63,829 bases of DNA, from the IMG/VR virus record IMGVR_UViG_3300025875_000017, positions 1-63,829 of that record; one strand, 5' to 3'. Below, one piece after another: positions 53,745 to 62,940 of the stretch. Source of the stretch: a virus. Lineage: Duplodnaviria > Caudoviricetes. Under the pieces are notes generated by a model. The model was not told the DNA's origin and made no database searches. It saw only the letters and a program-made list of their open reading frames with translations. How positions within the stretch are numbered: position 1 is the stretch's first letter; each line of letters starts with the position of its first letter. Both the position numbers and the translations under genes were made by a program.

Positions 53745-53899
53745 GCGAAAAGCGCATCGTGATCGCGTTCCTGTTGCGGGACCTGTCGTTGGTCGCTGCC
53801 GCGTTTCTAGCCTCCGCTCTCGTGTCCGTGCTCACGGGCGCCGTCATCTGCTTTGGAGTCTTCGGCCTCGTGAACTGGCTGTCGGGGATGCTCCCGTGA
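53741..53899 (+). CDS. small membrane protein
   Basis: Hydrophobic; ATGA/GTGA overlaps. Confidence 0.55.
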   Translation: MSEKRIVIAFLLRDLSLVAAAFLASALVSVLTGAVICFGVFGLVNWLSGMLP

Positions 53900-54831
53900 C
53901 CGCGGCCGAGAACCCCACCCCGGGGACGGACAGGCTGCCGGGACCGTTGGAGCGTCGTTGCTGCGGCGCACCCGATTCCGGCGTCTGCCACCAGTACGGC
54001 CTCTGCGTCGCCTACGGTGCTCATCCCGCCACCCCGCCGCCGGTGGGCACCGAGCGAGACCAGCAGGCAACGGTGATGCCGCCGGTCGGTCTGCGCCCGC
54101 GGTGGCTGTCCAACGAGATGCGGGATGACGAGATCACCGCGGCGATCGGCCGGTACGAGGCGGTCGGCCTCGACGTGCCTGCCGAGTGGCGCGACGAGCT
54201 TGCCGCCTTGTCGTCCCCGCCCGCGCCGGTCCCGGACACGGCGGTACGGGAGCAGGGTCGCGACGCTGACGCCCTCCTCGACACCCGAGCCGGTCTCGCC
54301 CTCGCTCACCAGGCGTGGGGTGAAGGGGCATCCACGATGCTGCGATCCGTCAACGAGCACAGTGACGGTGACCTCTGGGCGCGTCCGTCTAGTCCCTACC
54401 TGGCTCCGCTCATGGCGGCAAAGCGGCAAGAGCCCGCCCCGGCCCCGGAGGTGGCCGGACCACCGCCCGTCCCTTACGACGAGCACGAGCGGCAGGTGCT
54501 CCAGCTAGTCGACGAGCGTGACCGGCTGGAGTCCATCGCCGACGACCTCGCGGCCGCGATCGCACCCGCCGAGGTGCTCGGCGAGCACTCGTCGGAGAAC
54601 AACCCGTGGCGGAACGCCCTCGACTATGCCGAGGGCTGCCTCGGTCCCGAGCCCGCCCCGGCCCCGGAGGTGGCCGCGCTGGTGGAGCAGCTGACCAACC
54701 TCGCCTACGACTGGAGGGGCGTTGCCCGCGACTACCGCCACGCTGCGCCAGGCTCATACGACGCTGGCGCCCGCAACGCGCACGTCCAGCTCGCCGCCGA
54801 GCTGCTGACCGCCCTGGGTGATGGGCGATGA
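53896..54831 (+). CDS. mosaic hypothetical protein
   Basis: PPVGLRPRW; GEHSSENNPWRNA; duplicated EPAPAPEVA linkers. Confidence 0.65.
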   Translation: MTAAENPTPGTDRLPGPLERRCCGAPDSGVCHQYGLCVAYGAHPATPPPVGTERDQQATVMPPVGLRPRWLSNEMRDDEITAAIGRYEAVGLDVPAEWRDELAALSSPPAPVPDTAVREQGRDADALLDTRAGLALAHQAWGEGASTMLRSVNEHSDGDLWARPSSPYLAPLMAAKRQEPAPAPEVAGPPPVPYDEHERQVLQLVDERDRLESIADDLAAAIAPAEVLGEHSSENNPWRNALDYAEGCLGPEPAPAPEVAALVEQLTNLAYDWRGVARDYRHAAPGSYDAGARNAHVQLAAELLTALGDGR

Positions 54832-54952
54832 GGTCGCCAGCGCAGTACCGCTCGCTCGGCGTGATGCTCGACCGAGATGACCACGAGGTGCAGCTCACCG
54901 TCAGCCTGTGGTGGTTCGACTTCTCCTGGTCGTGGTCACGACGGTGTTTCCG

Positions 54953-55423
54953 GTGAGCGCCGACGAGGCGGTGCGGGCCGAGGCTGCTGTGGGCGCGCTC
55001 ATGTGGGCGGCGTGGACCGTGGAGCACTCGCCAGGCATCCAGCACCAGGCCCGGGCCGTGACCGAGATCCGCGACCGGGCTGCCGCGCTGGCTGCCTCAA
55101 CGGCCGGCGGGACGGACGAGGCGGGCCGGATGCTGGCCCGCTACTACGACCTCATGGACGAGATGGCCGGGGACGACCAGGTGCTGCGCAAGCGCATCGC
55201 TGCCGGTCGTGCCCGGCTCGCCGCCCGGTCCGGGGACGACGGACTCAGGCAGCGCTGCTCATCCTGCGAGCACGAAGCGCGGTTCCACCAGCCTGACGGC
55301 TGCTGGTACTCCGTCACCAACGCCCGCCCGAACACGACCGTCGGGTGTCACTGCGGTATGCCTCGTCGTGCTCTGGCTGGCCCCGAGGCACCGCAGCACG
55401 ACGACGGGAGCGGACGTGGCTGA
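54953..55423 (+). CDS. hypothetical protein with C-terminal Cys/His cluster
   Basis: CSSCEH...H...GC...GCHC. Confidence 0.55.
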   Translation: MSADEAVRAEAAVGALMWAAWTVEHSPGIQHQARAVTEIRDRAAALAASTAGGTDEAGRMLARYYDLMDEMAGDDQVLRKRIAAGRARLAARSGDDGLRQRCSSCEHEARFHQPDGCWYSVTNARPNTTVGCHCGMPRRALAGPEAPQHDDGSGRG

Positions 55424-55691
55424 GCTGCTGACGTGGGATGACCTGTGCAATCTGCCGACGTGGACCGACTCGTTCGGCAACGTGCGCCCGACGCTGCGCC
55501 TCATCTACCTCGCTGGCGTCCCCGCGGTTGTCGTCCCGACTCGGATGCACGAGCCCGGCTGGTACATCCGCAGTGGCAACCACGACAACCTAAGCCGGTA
55601 CTGGAACCTGCGCAGCGACCAGGACTACCAGCTGATCCGGCAGTTGTGCGCCGCTGGTGCCATCACGGCCCGCGAGGACGGACCCCGGTGA
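55416..55691 (+). CDS. hypothetical protein
   Basis: GGGAG RBS; GTG at 55416. Confidence 0.55.
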   Translation: MAELLTWDDLCNLPTWTDSFGNVRPTLRLIYLAGVPAVVVPTRMHEPGWYIRSGNHDNLSRYWNLRSDQDYQLIRQLCAAGAITAREDGPR

Positions 55692-55771
55692 CCGCTCAGT
55701 CCACGTCCCGGGGTCGCACCTGGTCGGCGAGCACGTGCTAGTTTTCACCCCCGCCTAAGCAAAGGACGCCC

Positions 55772-56479
55772 ATGAGCCTCAACGCATCAGTCCTAAACCG
55801 CATCAACGCCCACACCACCGACCCAGACATCCGCGCCGAACTAGCCGAAATGCTGGGCCTGACCCGCAACGGTATCCCGCAGGACGACGACACCCGCCAC
55901 TACGGCCTCGCGGTGCTCAACGGCGAGGGCCACCAGAAGCTGAGCGACCCGTCCACGTTGCCGATCACGCTGAAGCCGAAGACGTCGACGGCACCGGAGT
56001 CGCTGCGCAACCTGCCGCCCGCTAAGCCCATTGAGCGCCCCCGTAAGCCAGCGCCACGTAACCCGCCACCGCGACCCGCGCTCAGCCCGCACGGTACGGA
56101 GGCGGCCGCTAAGCGGCACGTCATGTTGCGGGAGCCGATCTGCGACGTGTGCGCCGCTGGTCGACTTGCCCGCCGCAAGCCCATCGTGAACCGCGCGACC
56201 GCTAAGTGCGCCACGGAAGCTGGGTATGTTCGACACTTGCGGGAGAAGACCGTGATCTGCCAGCCGTGCCGGGAGGCGCACCGCGTATACAAGCGGGCAT
56301 CGGCGGCCAGGACGCGGGCGCGACGAGAGACTGAGGTGGTTGTGCGCCGGCAAGAGTGCGGGACCACGCGCGGCTACGATGCGCACCGGCGGCACAAGGA
56401 ACCACAGTGCGATGCGTGCCGCGAAGCGGAACGACTGCGAGCACAGGCACGGCGCGCGCGGGCTAAGGCGGCGACGTGA
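55772..56479 (+). CDS. protein with three (H/C)GT..GY..H....CxxC Zn-binding repeats
   Basis: HGTEAAAKRH..CDVC; CATEAGYVRH..CQPC; CGTTRGYDAH..CDAC. Confidence 0.75.
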   Translation: MSLNASVLNRINAHTTDPDIRAELAEMLGLTRNGIPQDDDTRHYGLAVLNGEGHQKLSDPSTLPITLKPKTSTAPESLRNLPPAKPIERPRKPAPRNPPPRPALSPHGTEAAAKRHVMLREPICDVCAAGRLARRKPIVNRATAKCATEAGYVRHLREKTVICQPCREAHRVYKRASAARTRARRETEVVVRRQECGTTRGYDAHRRHKEPQCDACREAERLRAQARRARAKAAT

Positions 56480-56690
56480 ACGACCCTTACGCCCCCGACT
56501 GGTGTGAGCGTTGCGGCATTCACCTCGCCCTACCCACCTACGAATGGCACCTCGGCAGGCAGTGGCGGAAACCCCTCGTGTGCCCCGTGTGCCAGGACTG
56601 GGAGAAGCGCGGCCGGTGACCGTGCAAACGCTTGACGAGATGCGAGGCAAGTACGTGGTGTTACACCTGCGATTACTGAGGTTAGGTTAA

Positions 56691-56897
56691 ATGATGCAGC
56701 TCCCGTATTACGGTCACCTTCCCAAAGACATTTACACGACTGGCTGCTGGGTATCGCGTAACGAACGAAAATACTTGGTTAATGTCCGTACTCCCGATGG
56801 AGGTTTCGTCAAGCTGGCTGAATATAGAACTCATTGGGCCGCCGCCCGGTTTGTTCATCGTTCATGGAAATTGGCATTGCAAATGGAGGAACCGTGA
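56691..56897 (+). CDS. hypothetical protein (lower GC)
   Basis: ATG ORF with AT-rich codons. Confidence 0.55.
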   Translation: MMQLPYYGHLPKDIYTTGCWVSRNERKYLVNVRTPDGGFVKLAEYRTHWAAARFVHRSWKLALQMEEP

Positions 56898-57133
56898 CCG
56901 TCACACCGCAGTCATCCCGCGAACAGGAAGTCATGGACGCCGCCTGGAACGCGGTAGCCGTGGCTAGTTACGCTTTTGCCGTAGCAAATGTCGCTTACGA
57001 CCGCGAGCTGAGCGCATTCCAAACCATCGTTCACCAAGCCAGCAGTCACGGGCTGAGCCTCGATGACATTGCCCAAGCGGCCGGCATCACCGCCGAGCAG
57101 GCGCGGTCGCTGTACTACGACGGGGAGCTGTGA
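56894..57133 (+). CDS. small HTH-like protein
   Basis: A...GLSLDDIAQAAGITAEQAR; GGAGGA RBS. Confidence 0.6.
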   Translation: MTVTPQSSREQEVMDAAWNAVAVASYAFAVANVAYDRELSAFQTIVHQASSHGLSLDDIAQAAGITAEQARSLYYDGEL

Positions 57134-57385
57134 CCGACGGGCTGCGTGACTTGTGGATCGCGGAAATGTGGCCGGTCGTGCGGGAGTTGTCGCGCGATGA
57201 CCGGCAGGTGCAGACTGCTATGTCGGACACATTCCGCGCTTATCCACATTTAGCGTACCGCGGCGTGGACAATAAGCCGGACGTGTGCGAGACTGAGCAA
57301 CGATAGAACGGGCCGCGACGGAGATGCCTAGTCTCCGCGCGGCCCTAGCACCAACCGAAGCGACCGGAAGGCACTTAGTATTATT

Positions 57386-57976
57386 ATGCCACAACGCAAC
57401 AACAACGAAAATCCCATTGGCGCGATCCCAACTCGTTACCGTAGTTGCTGGTTTCGTTCGCGCCTAGAGGCTCGCTGGGCCGTCTTCTTTGACCGCATGG
57501 GCATCGGCTGGCAATACGAGCCGCAGGGCTACTACGTGGGCGGTAAGCCCTACCTGCCCGATTTCCTGCTGGACTGCGGAACATGGGTTGAGGTTAAGGG
57601 TAACGATCAGTTCCTTGACCGTGACTTGATGCGTAACGCGGGCCTACAGTTGCCGGCTATGCCAGCCAAAAACGAGCGTGGACCGCGTCTCATGGTGCTT
57701 GGCCCGCCACCGCTGCCGTTGGACGATGACGGACCCGGCGATTACGGCTGGCTCGCGTTTGAGCCTGATGGTCGCGGCGACGAGCTGTTGTGTTCGACCT
57801 ACTCGTTCGGCCGCTATGGCAAAAACAACCGTCCTTGGTGGGTTGATGAACGTGACGCCCACGGCGGCGGCTCATGGCTTCGCCCGACGTTCTTGTCTGG
57901 CGAGCCTGATGCGTCTAGCGCATACGCCGCCGCCAATGTTGCTCGCTTTGAGCATGGACAGTCGGGTGCCGCCTGA
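57386..57976 (+). CDS. PD-(D/E)XK endonuclease-like protein
   Basis: FRSRLEARWAVFFD..GI.W.YEP.G....YLPDF....WVEVKG. Confidence 0.8.
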   Translation: MPQRNNNENPIGAIPTRYRSCWFRSRLEARWAVFFDRMGIGWQYEPQGYYVGGKPYLPDFLLDCGTWVEVKGNDQFLDRDLMRNAGLQLPAMPAKNERGPRLMVLGPPPLPLDDDGPGDYGWLAFEPDGRGDELLCSTYSFGRYGKNNRPWWVDERDAHGGGSWLRPTFLSGEPDASSAYAAANVARFEHGQSGAA

Positions 57977-59004
57977 TGGCCCGTGATCACGCTGTGATTC
58001 GCCTCGACATGTGGGGCGACGATGACTGGCGACAACTTACCGTTGCCGCCCAGCATCTCTACATGCTGGTGCTCACGTCGCCGTCACTGTCGTTTTGTGG
58101 CGTTGCTGATTGGCGGCCAGGACGAGTCGCCAAGCTCGCTCACGATTGGACTGCTGGCGGGGTTCAGAGAGCCGCGGACGAGCTGATCGACAGCAACTTC
58201 CTGATCGTGGACGAGGAGACGGAAGAAGTTTTGGTTAGGTCGTTTGTTCGCCACGACGGGTTGATGAAGATGCCTAACATGGCGACGGCGATGGCTAATG
58301 ATCATGCCGCGATCGCTTCTGCTCGACTGCGCGGCGTGGTTGTCCACGAGCTGCGGCGGCTGCACGAGGAGCGCCCTACCCTCGCCGGCTGGAAGTCGGT
58401 TAAGGCTCTGGCTGTCCTGGACCGCACGGCGATTGACCCTTCGGTTAAGGGTTACGGTAACCCTTCGGGTGAGGGTTCGGTTGACCTTGCCGCCAACCCT
58501 TCGGTTGAGGATGAAGCGAACCCTTCGGTTAACCCAAGCCCTTCTCCAGCACCAGCACCTACTCCAGCACCTTCACTCTCTAACGAGAGTGAAATAAAAA
58601 CTTCTTCATCATCGGACGATGATGCGGTCGATGCCTTCGAGGAGTTCTGGTCCGTGTACCCGCGTAAGGCTGGCAAGGCTCCAGCGCGAAAGAAATTCTT
58701 GGTTGCCGCTAAGAAGGTCGGAGCTGAGAAGCTCGTCGAGGCAGCTACGAAGTTCGCTGCTGACCCGAATCTGCCGCCGAAGTCCGAGGAGCAGGCGATC
58801 CCGCACGCGACCACGTGGCTCAATCAGGAGCGGTGGGACGACCCGCCGCTGCCGCCTCGGTTCAACCGGGGCCCGCAAGTTCCGCCCGCCGCGACACGCA
58901 CCGTCGTTGACGATGCGCCCCAAACCTTGTGGCCCGCGAACTTCGCTAAGGGCAAGACCTACGGTGAACTCAAGGCTGCCGGCTACCCGATGGATGATTT
59001 CTGA
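57976..59004 (+). CDS. phage replication initiator
   Basis: W.D.DWR.L...AQ.LY..L; internal iterons; FEEFWSVYPRK.GK..A; PHATTWLNQERWDD. Confidence 0.85.
   Translation: MARDHAVIRLDMWGDDDWRQLTVAAQHLYMLVLTSPSLSFCGVADWRPGRVAKLAHDWTAGGVQRAADELIDSNFLIVDEETEEVLVRSFVRHDGLMKMPNMATAMANDHAAIASARLRGVVVHELRRLHEERPTLAGWKSVKALAVLDRTAIDPSVKGYGNPSGEGSVDLAANPSVEDEANPSVNPSPSPAPAPTPAPSLSNESEIKTSSSSDDDAVDAFEEFWSVYPRKAGKAPARKKFLVAAKKVGAEKLVEAATKFAADPNLPPKSEEQAIPHATTWLNQERWDDPPLPPRFNRGPQVPPAATRTVVDDAPQTLWPANFAKGKTYGELKAAGYPMDDF
58436..58528 (+). repeat. origin-like iterons ACCCTTCGG x4 inside the initiator gene
   Basis: Copies at 58436, 58460, 58496 and 58520 (spacing 24/36/24). Confidence 0.7.
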
Positions 59005-60605
59005 TGCGCCGCCCATTGCCGCCCGAGGTGTCGTCACGGCTTGAGGGCATCCGTCCCAGCGGTGAGGGTTACATCGCTCGGTGTCCCGCGCACGAGGATC
59101 GCTCGCCGAGCCTGTCGGTGTCCGTCAACGAGACCGGGAAGCTGCTCGTCCACTGCCATGCTGGTTGCGATCAGCGAGCTGTGCTGGACGCGATCCAAGC
59201 GACGCCGCAGATGCTGCACGGTGACGAGCCGGAGCAGCGCGACGAGGGCGAGTGGACACCGCGGGGGCCCGCTATTGCCGTGTACCACTACGTCGATGAG
59301 CAGGGCACGTTGCTGTTCGACGTGTGTCGCACGGCCGATAAGCAGTTCCCGCAGCGCCGGCCGGACTCGGCGGCCAAGTCGGGCTGGTCGTGGAAGCTGG
59401 GCGAGGTTCGCCGGGTGCTGTACCGGTTGCCGCAGGTGCTTGCTGCCGTGGAGGCGGGCGAGACGGTGTGGGTTGCTGAGGGCGAGAAGGACGTGCACTC
59501 GCTGGAGGCCGCGGGTGTGGTGGCGACGTGTTCACCGGGTGGGGCGGGTAAGTGGCGGGACGAGTATGCGGCGGCGCTCAAGGACGCCAATGTGGTCATC
59601 GTGGCCGACAAGGACAAGCCAGGGCAGGCCCATGCGCGGGCTGTAGCTGTCTCTGTCGCCTCCGCGGGTGGTCGGGCACGTATCTGTGAGGCCAAGGAAG
59701 GTAAGGACGCCACAGACCATCTGAGGGGTGGCAACGGGCTCGCCGACTTCCTCACGACGCATGAACCCGAACAGGCCGCCAAGCCCGAACTAGCCCTCGA
59801 CATCCACGACTACCTCGGCCAAGCCGACGACGAGATCCAATGGCTTATCCCCGGGCTCATCGAACGCGGCGACCGAATCATGATCACGGCTTTCGAGGGA
59901 TTCGCCAAGTCGACGTTCCTGCGGCAGCTCGCTGTGGCTGCTGCGTCCGGCCTGCACCCGTTCACCGGGGAGCACATCGAACCGCTACGCGTGCTGCTCG
60001 TGGACTGCGAAAACAGCGACCGGCAGACACGGCGAGCGTTCCGGTGGATCACCCCCATCGCGCACGAGTACGGCGGGGTCATCCCCCGCGACACGTTCTA
60101 CCCGCTCGTGCGACCCGAAGGAATCGACCTCGGCAACGACGAAGACGCACAATGGCTACTAGAGCGCGTTACCGCCCACAAGCCCGACCTCATGATCATC
60201 GGACCCGTGTACCGACTGCTCACCGAAGACGCCAACAACGACGTTACCATTCGCAAAATCATCACCGCGTTGGACAAGGCCCGCACCGCCGTCGACTGCG
60301 CTGTCGTTCTAGAGGCACACGCGGGTCACGGCAACGGAATCAGCGGCCGGTCCACCCGCCCGCTCGGCTCGTCTATGTGGATGCGGTGGGTTGAGTCGGG
60401 CATCGGGTTCGCCCCGTTCGACGGCACCGACCCGCTCGCCAAGACACCACTCCAGGTGGTGCACTGGAAGCCTGCGCGTGACCGCGAACTCAAAAAGTGG
60501 CCCGACGTGATCCGCCACGGCGTGCCCGACCGTGACGACGTGCGCCGAGAATGGCCGTGGGTTGAGGATGCGTTGTACGGACCCGGTGGCACGATGGTCA
60601 TCTGA
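59004..60605 (+). CDS. DNA primase-helicase (Zn finger, TOPRIM, AAA/RepA-type ATPase)
   Basis: CPAHEDRSPSLS..HCHAGC; VAEGEKD; ADKDKPG; AFEGFAKST; LLVDCEN. Confidence 0.9.
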   Translation: MRRPLPPEVSSRLEGIRPSGEGYIARCPAHEDRSPSLSVSVNETGKLLVHCHAGCDQRAVLDAIQATPQMLHGDEPEQRDEGEWTPRGPAIAVYHYVDEQGTLLFDVCRTADKQFPQRRPDSAAKSGWSWKLGEVRRVLYRLPQVLAAVEAGETVWVAEGEKDVHSLEAAGVVATCSPGGAGKWRDEYAAALKDANVVIVADKDKPGQAHARAVAVSVASAGGRARICEAKEGKDATDHLRGGNGLADFLTTHEPEQAAKPELALDIHDYLGQADDEIQWLIPGLIERGDRIMITAFEGFAKSTFLRQLAVAAASGLHPFTGEHIEPLRVLLVDCENSDRQTRRAFRWITPIAHEYGGVIPRDTFYPLVRPEGIDLGNDEDAQWLLERVTAHKPDLMIIGPVYRLLTEDANNDVTIRKIITALDKARTAVDCAVVLEAHAGHGNGISGRSTRPLGSSMWMRWVESGIGFAPFDGTDPLAKTPLQVVHWKPARDRELKKWPDVIRHGVPDRDDVRREWPWVEDALYGPGGTMVI

Positions 60606-60757
60606 TGTGACAGATTAGACCTATGTGCCCTTGCACAAGACCTATGTGCCCCTGGCGCGACGGGCAAGGTGGTCTTGTCGTGGCAGCCGTGGCAGTCGCG
60701 TGTGATGGAACGCGGCACCCCCAAGATTTAGGCAATCAACACGAGGAGCTAACTGGC

Positions 60758-60955
60758 ATGACCGACCACTTTGACGACGAGTACGTGATCGACCGGACGG
60801 GGCTCGTGTGGCTGCTGGTGCACGATGGTGGCATGGCTACTCGGGCGGACTACGCGGGTATCACCAGCATCGGCATCCGCCGGTTGGAGCTTGACGCTGG
60901 GCCGTTGCATTCGTTGACTGTTCGAACGATGCTCGCGGTGAATCCCAAGATTTAG
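60758..60955 (+). CDS. hypothetical protein flanked by a 12-bp direct repeat
   Basis: GAGGAG RBS; CCCAAGATTTAG at 60720 and 60944. Confidence 0.55.
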   Translation: MTDHFDDEYVIDRTGLVWLLVHDGGMATRADYAGITSIGIRRLELDAGPLHSLTVRTMLAVNPKI

Positions 60956-60957
60956 AC

Positions 60958-60986
60958 TTGACGGGGTGTGGTGCACCCGCTAGGTT
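60958..60986 (+). promoter_or_regulatory. promoter TTGACG-17-TAGGTT with GGGTG-N5-CACCC palindrome
   Basis: Read directly; upstream of GGAGG RBS and ORF 61014. Confidence 0.7.
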
Positions 60987-61013
60987 GATTTCACACCAAC
61001 AACGGAGGCCCGC

Positions 61014-61778
61014 ATGACCATCAACTTCGACACCCTCACTCTCGCTAGAGGCTCGCACGACGAGTGCGACGACGGCTCCTGCCTCATGGAAGCCCGCATG
61101 CTCCTGCTGGGCAAGCCCAAGACCGACGACCGCCAGCCCGGCGTGTCCCGCGTCCTGCACGACATGGGCATCAACCTCAACGACTCGTTCCCGGATGACC
61201 GCCGGCAGGAGCTGAAGCGATTCCTCCCCCACGGCGGTGTCGATCCGCTCGCGAACACTGACGATGGGCGTGACGAGCAGCGGTCCTACATGGCGTTGGA
61301 TTGGCTAATCCGTACGTACACGCCCGCGTTCTTGGATTTGCGGCCCGAGCTGGCTGACGTGGCTGCGGAGCTGCGATCGCTGCGGCGGATCGTTGATATG
61401 GCTGCCGCCGAGGCTGCTGGTCCTGTCGTTCGTACTGCGCAGCAGAAGTCGGCCGCCGCTGGGGACGCCGCTTGGGCCGCCGCTGGGGCCGCCGCTCGGG
61501 CCGCCGCTGGGGCCGCCGCTGGGGCCGCCGCTCGGGACGCCGCTCGGGACGCCGCTGGGGACGCCGCTCGGGCCGCCGCTGGGGCCGCCGCTCGGGACGC
61601 CGCTTGGGCCGCCGCTGGGGCCGCCGCTCGGGACGCCGCTTGGGCCGCCGCTTGGGCCGCCGCTCGGGACGCCGCTCGGGCCGCCGCTGGGGCCGTTTTG
61701 CAGCCTACCGTCGCCAGCTTGCAGGCGTCAGCCATTGAATTGTACGCGGCAATGATCAATCCGAGTTCCATTGCCTAA
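61014..61778 (+). CDS. protein with Ala-rich (A/D)AA(G/R/W) tandem repeat
   Basis: L..GSH.....CLMEA...D...VS.V....NDS; 20 tetrapeptide units. Confidence 0.8.
   Translation: MTINFDTLTLARGSHDECDDGSCLMEARMLLLGKPKTDDRQPGVSRVLHDMGINLNDSFPDDRRQELKRFLPHGGVDPLANTDDGRDEQRSYMALDWLIRTYTPAFLDLRPELADVAAELRSLRRIVDMAAAEAAGPVVRTAQQKSAAAGDAAWAAAGAAARAAAGAAAGAAARDAARDAAGDAARAAAGAAARDAAWAAAGAAARDAAWAAAWAAARDAARAAAGAVLQPTVASLQASAIELYAAMINPSSIA
61452..61691 (+). repeat. 12-bp tandem repeat G(C/A)CGCCGCT(G/C/T)GG x20
   Basis: Counted directly. Confidence 0.9.
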
Positions 61779-61920
61779 CGCCCCGAAAACCCCGGGCCGC
61801 AACATCCGCGTCCCCGACACCACGTGGGGTGCGCTCCGATCCCAGGCCCGCGCGTTGGGTCTCACCGTCAGCCAGCACGTCCGCAACATCCTCACCGCAC
61901 ATCTCACGAAGGAGAACTAG
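61771..61920 (+). CDS. ribbon-helix-helix DNA-binding protein (49 aa)
   Basis: Read manually: MPNAPKTPGRNIRVPDTTWGALRSQARALGLTVSQHVRNILTAHLTKEN. Confidence 0.75.
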   Translation: MPNAPKTPGRNIRVPDTTWGALRSQARALGLTVSQHVRNILTAHLTKEN

Positions 61921-61922
61921 CC

Positions 61923-62255
61923 ATGCCCCTCAATTTTGTCACCGACCTCCCCGAGCCCGCCAAGCCTGGTGGAATGGGTCGTGTGCAGCAGATCATTGCG
62001 GACCTCGCCGACAACCCTGGCGCGTGGGCGGAGATTGCGTTCTACCCGAAGGGCAAGCAGTCGACCGCGAGCGCCCGAGGCAAGTACATGAGCGGCCAGG
62101 ACAAGCGCGTGGAGACCGCTGTGCGCACCGTGGACGGCAAGGTTGTGCTGTTCGCGCGGGTCGTGGAGTCGTGGGATGATAGCTATGCGCAAACTCAAAT
62201 GGCTGATGACATGGTGCTGGCTGAAATTCGACGCTATCAAAGATGGACAGCGTGA
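61923..62255 (+). CDS. hypothetical protein
   Basis: AAGGAG RBS; L..NPG.WA.I motif. Confidence 0.65.
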   Translation: MPLNFVTDLPEPAKPGGMGRVQQIIADLADNPGAWAEIAFYPKGKQSTASARGKYMSGQDKRVETAVRTVDGKVVLFARVVESWDDSYAQTQMADDMVLAEIRRYQRWTA

Positions 62256-62416
62256 CCACCGTCCACGTCACGCCGATTAACGATCTGATCGATCACCGCG
62301 AGATCAGTGACGAGTGCGTATGCGGGCCCACCACCGAACCCGTACCGGGCGACGATGGGTCGATGGGCTGGCTGGTCACGCACCACTCGTTGGACGGTAG
62401 GGAGCTGCGGGAGTGA
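62252..62416 (+). CDS. small His/Cys protein (HV.P.NDLI.H...C.CGP...HHSLDGRE)
   Basis: Read manually; GTGA overlaps. Confidence 0.7.
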   Translation: MTTVHVTPINDLIDHREISDECVCGPTTEPVPGDDGSMGWLVTHHSLDGRELRE

Positions 62417-62637
62417 GCGTCGCAAATAATCATGCCGCCACACTTCCGTATCCTGATCGAACCGAGCCCACCGCCGGCAGTTGCCTATGCGGGTGGACGG
62501 TGGTCTACGGGTGGGGCGAACATGGCGACGCCGCCGACGCCGCCGCTGGCCACATCAAGCGAACTGCTAAATGTGATACGTACGAGATCCGCACGGGCAC
62601 TGGTGAGCGACGTATTCGATCGGGGGGATCGCTCTAG
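62413..62637 (+). CDS. small Zn-finger-like protein
   Basis: H...CLCGW...H. Confidence 0.55.
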   Translation: MSVANNHAATLPYPDRTEPTAGSCLCGWTVVYGWGEHGDAADAAAGHIKRTAKCDTYEIRTGTGERRIRSGGSL

Positions 62638-62638
62638 G

Positions 62639-62917
62639 ATGAGTTACTACAACTGCAAGCAAGGTGATCGCTGCGAAGATTGCAACGGTTACATCGGCCC
62701 TTTGGATAGTTATGCGTGCCTGTGCTCTTGCCACACGCGGCTAAACCCGCCAATCCACGAATGTGGGGCGGGTCCGCACAACAACGATAGCACGGATCAT
62801 TTTGGCTGGGACGACACGCCCGTGACCGTATGCCTCATGCACAAGCGGTTCCTACCCTGCCGTCGGGGCGCGCGTGACGGTGGCTGCGTTGACAGCAGTG
62901 AACCCGCTGACGTGTAG
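62639..62917 (+). CDS. Cys-rich hypothetical protein
   Basis: Multiple Cys/His clusters. Confidence 0.5.
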   Translation: MSYYNCKQGDRCEDCNGYIGPLDSYACLCSCHTRLNPPIHECGAGPHNNDSTDHFGWDDTPVTVCLMHKRFLPCRRGARDGGCVDSSEPADV

Positions 62918-62940
62918 CGGGTACGGGACTACCGGGAGGG

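Noticed and set aside
61452-61691. CRISPR array
   Set aside because: Contiguous 12-bp units without unique spacers, in frame within a CDS, and no cas genes.
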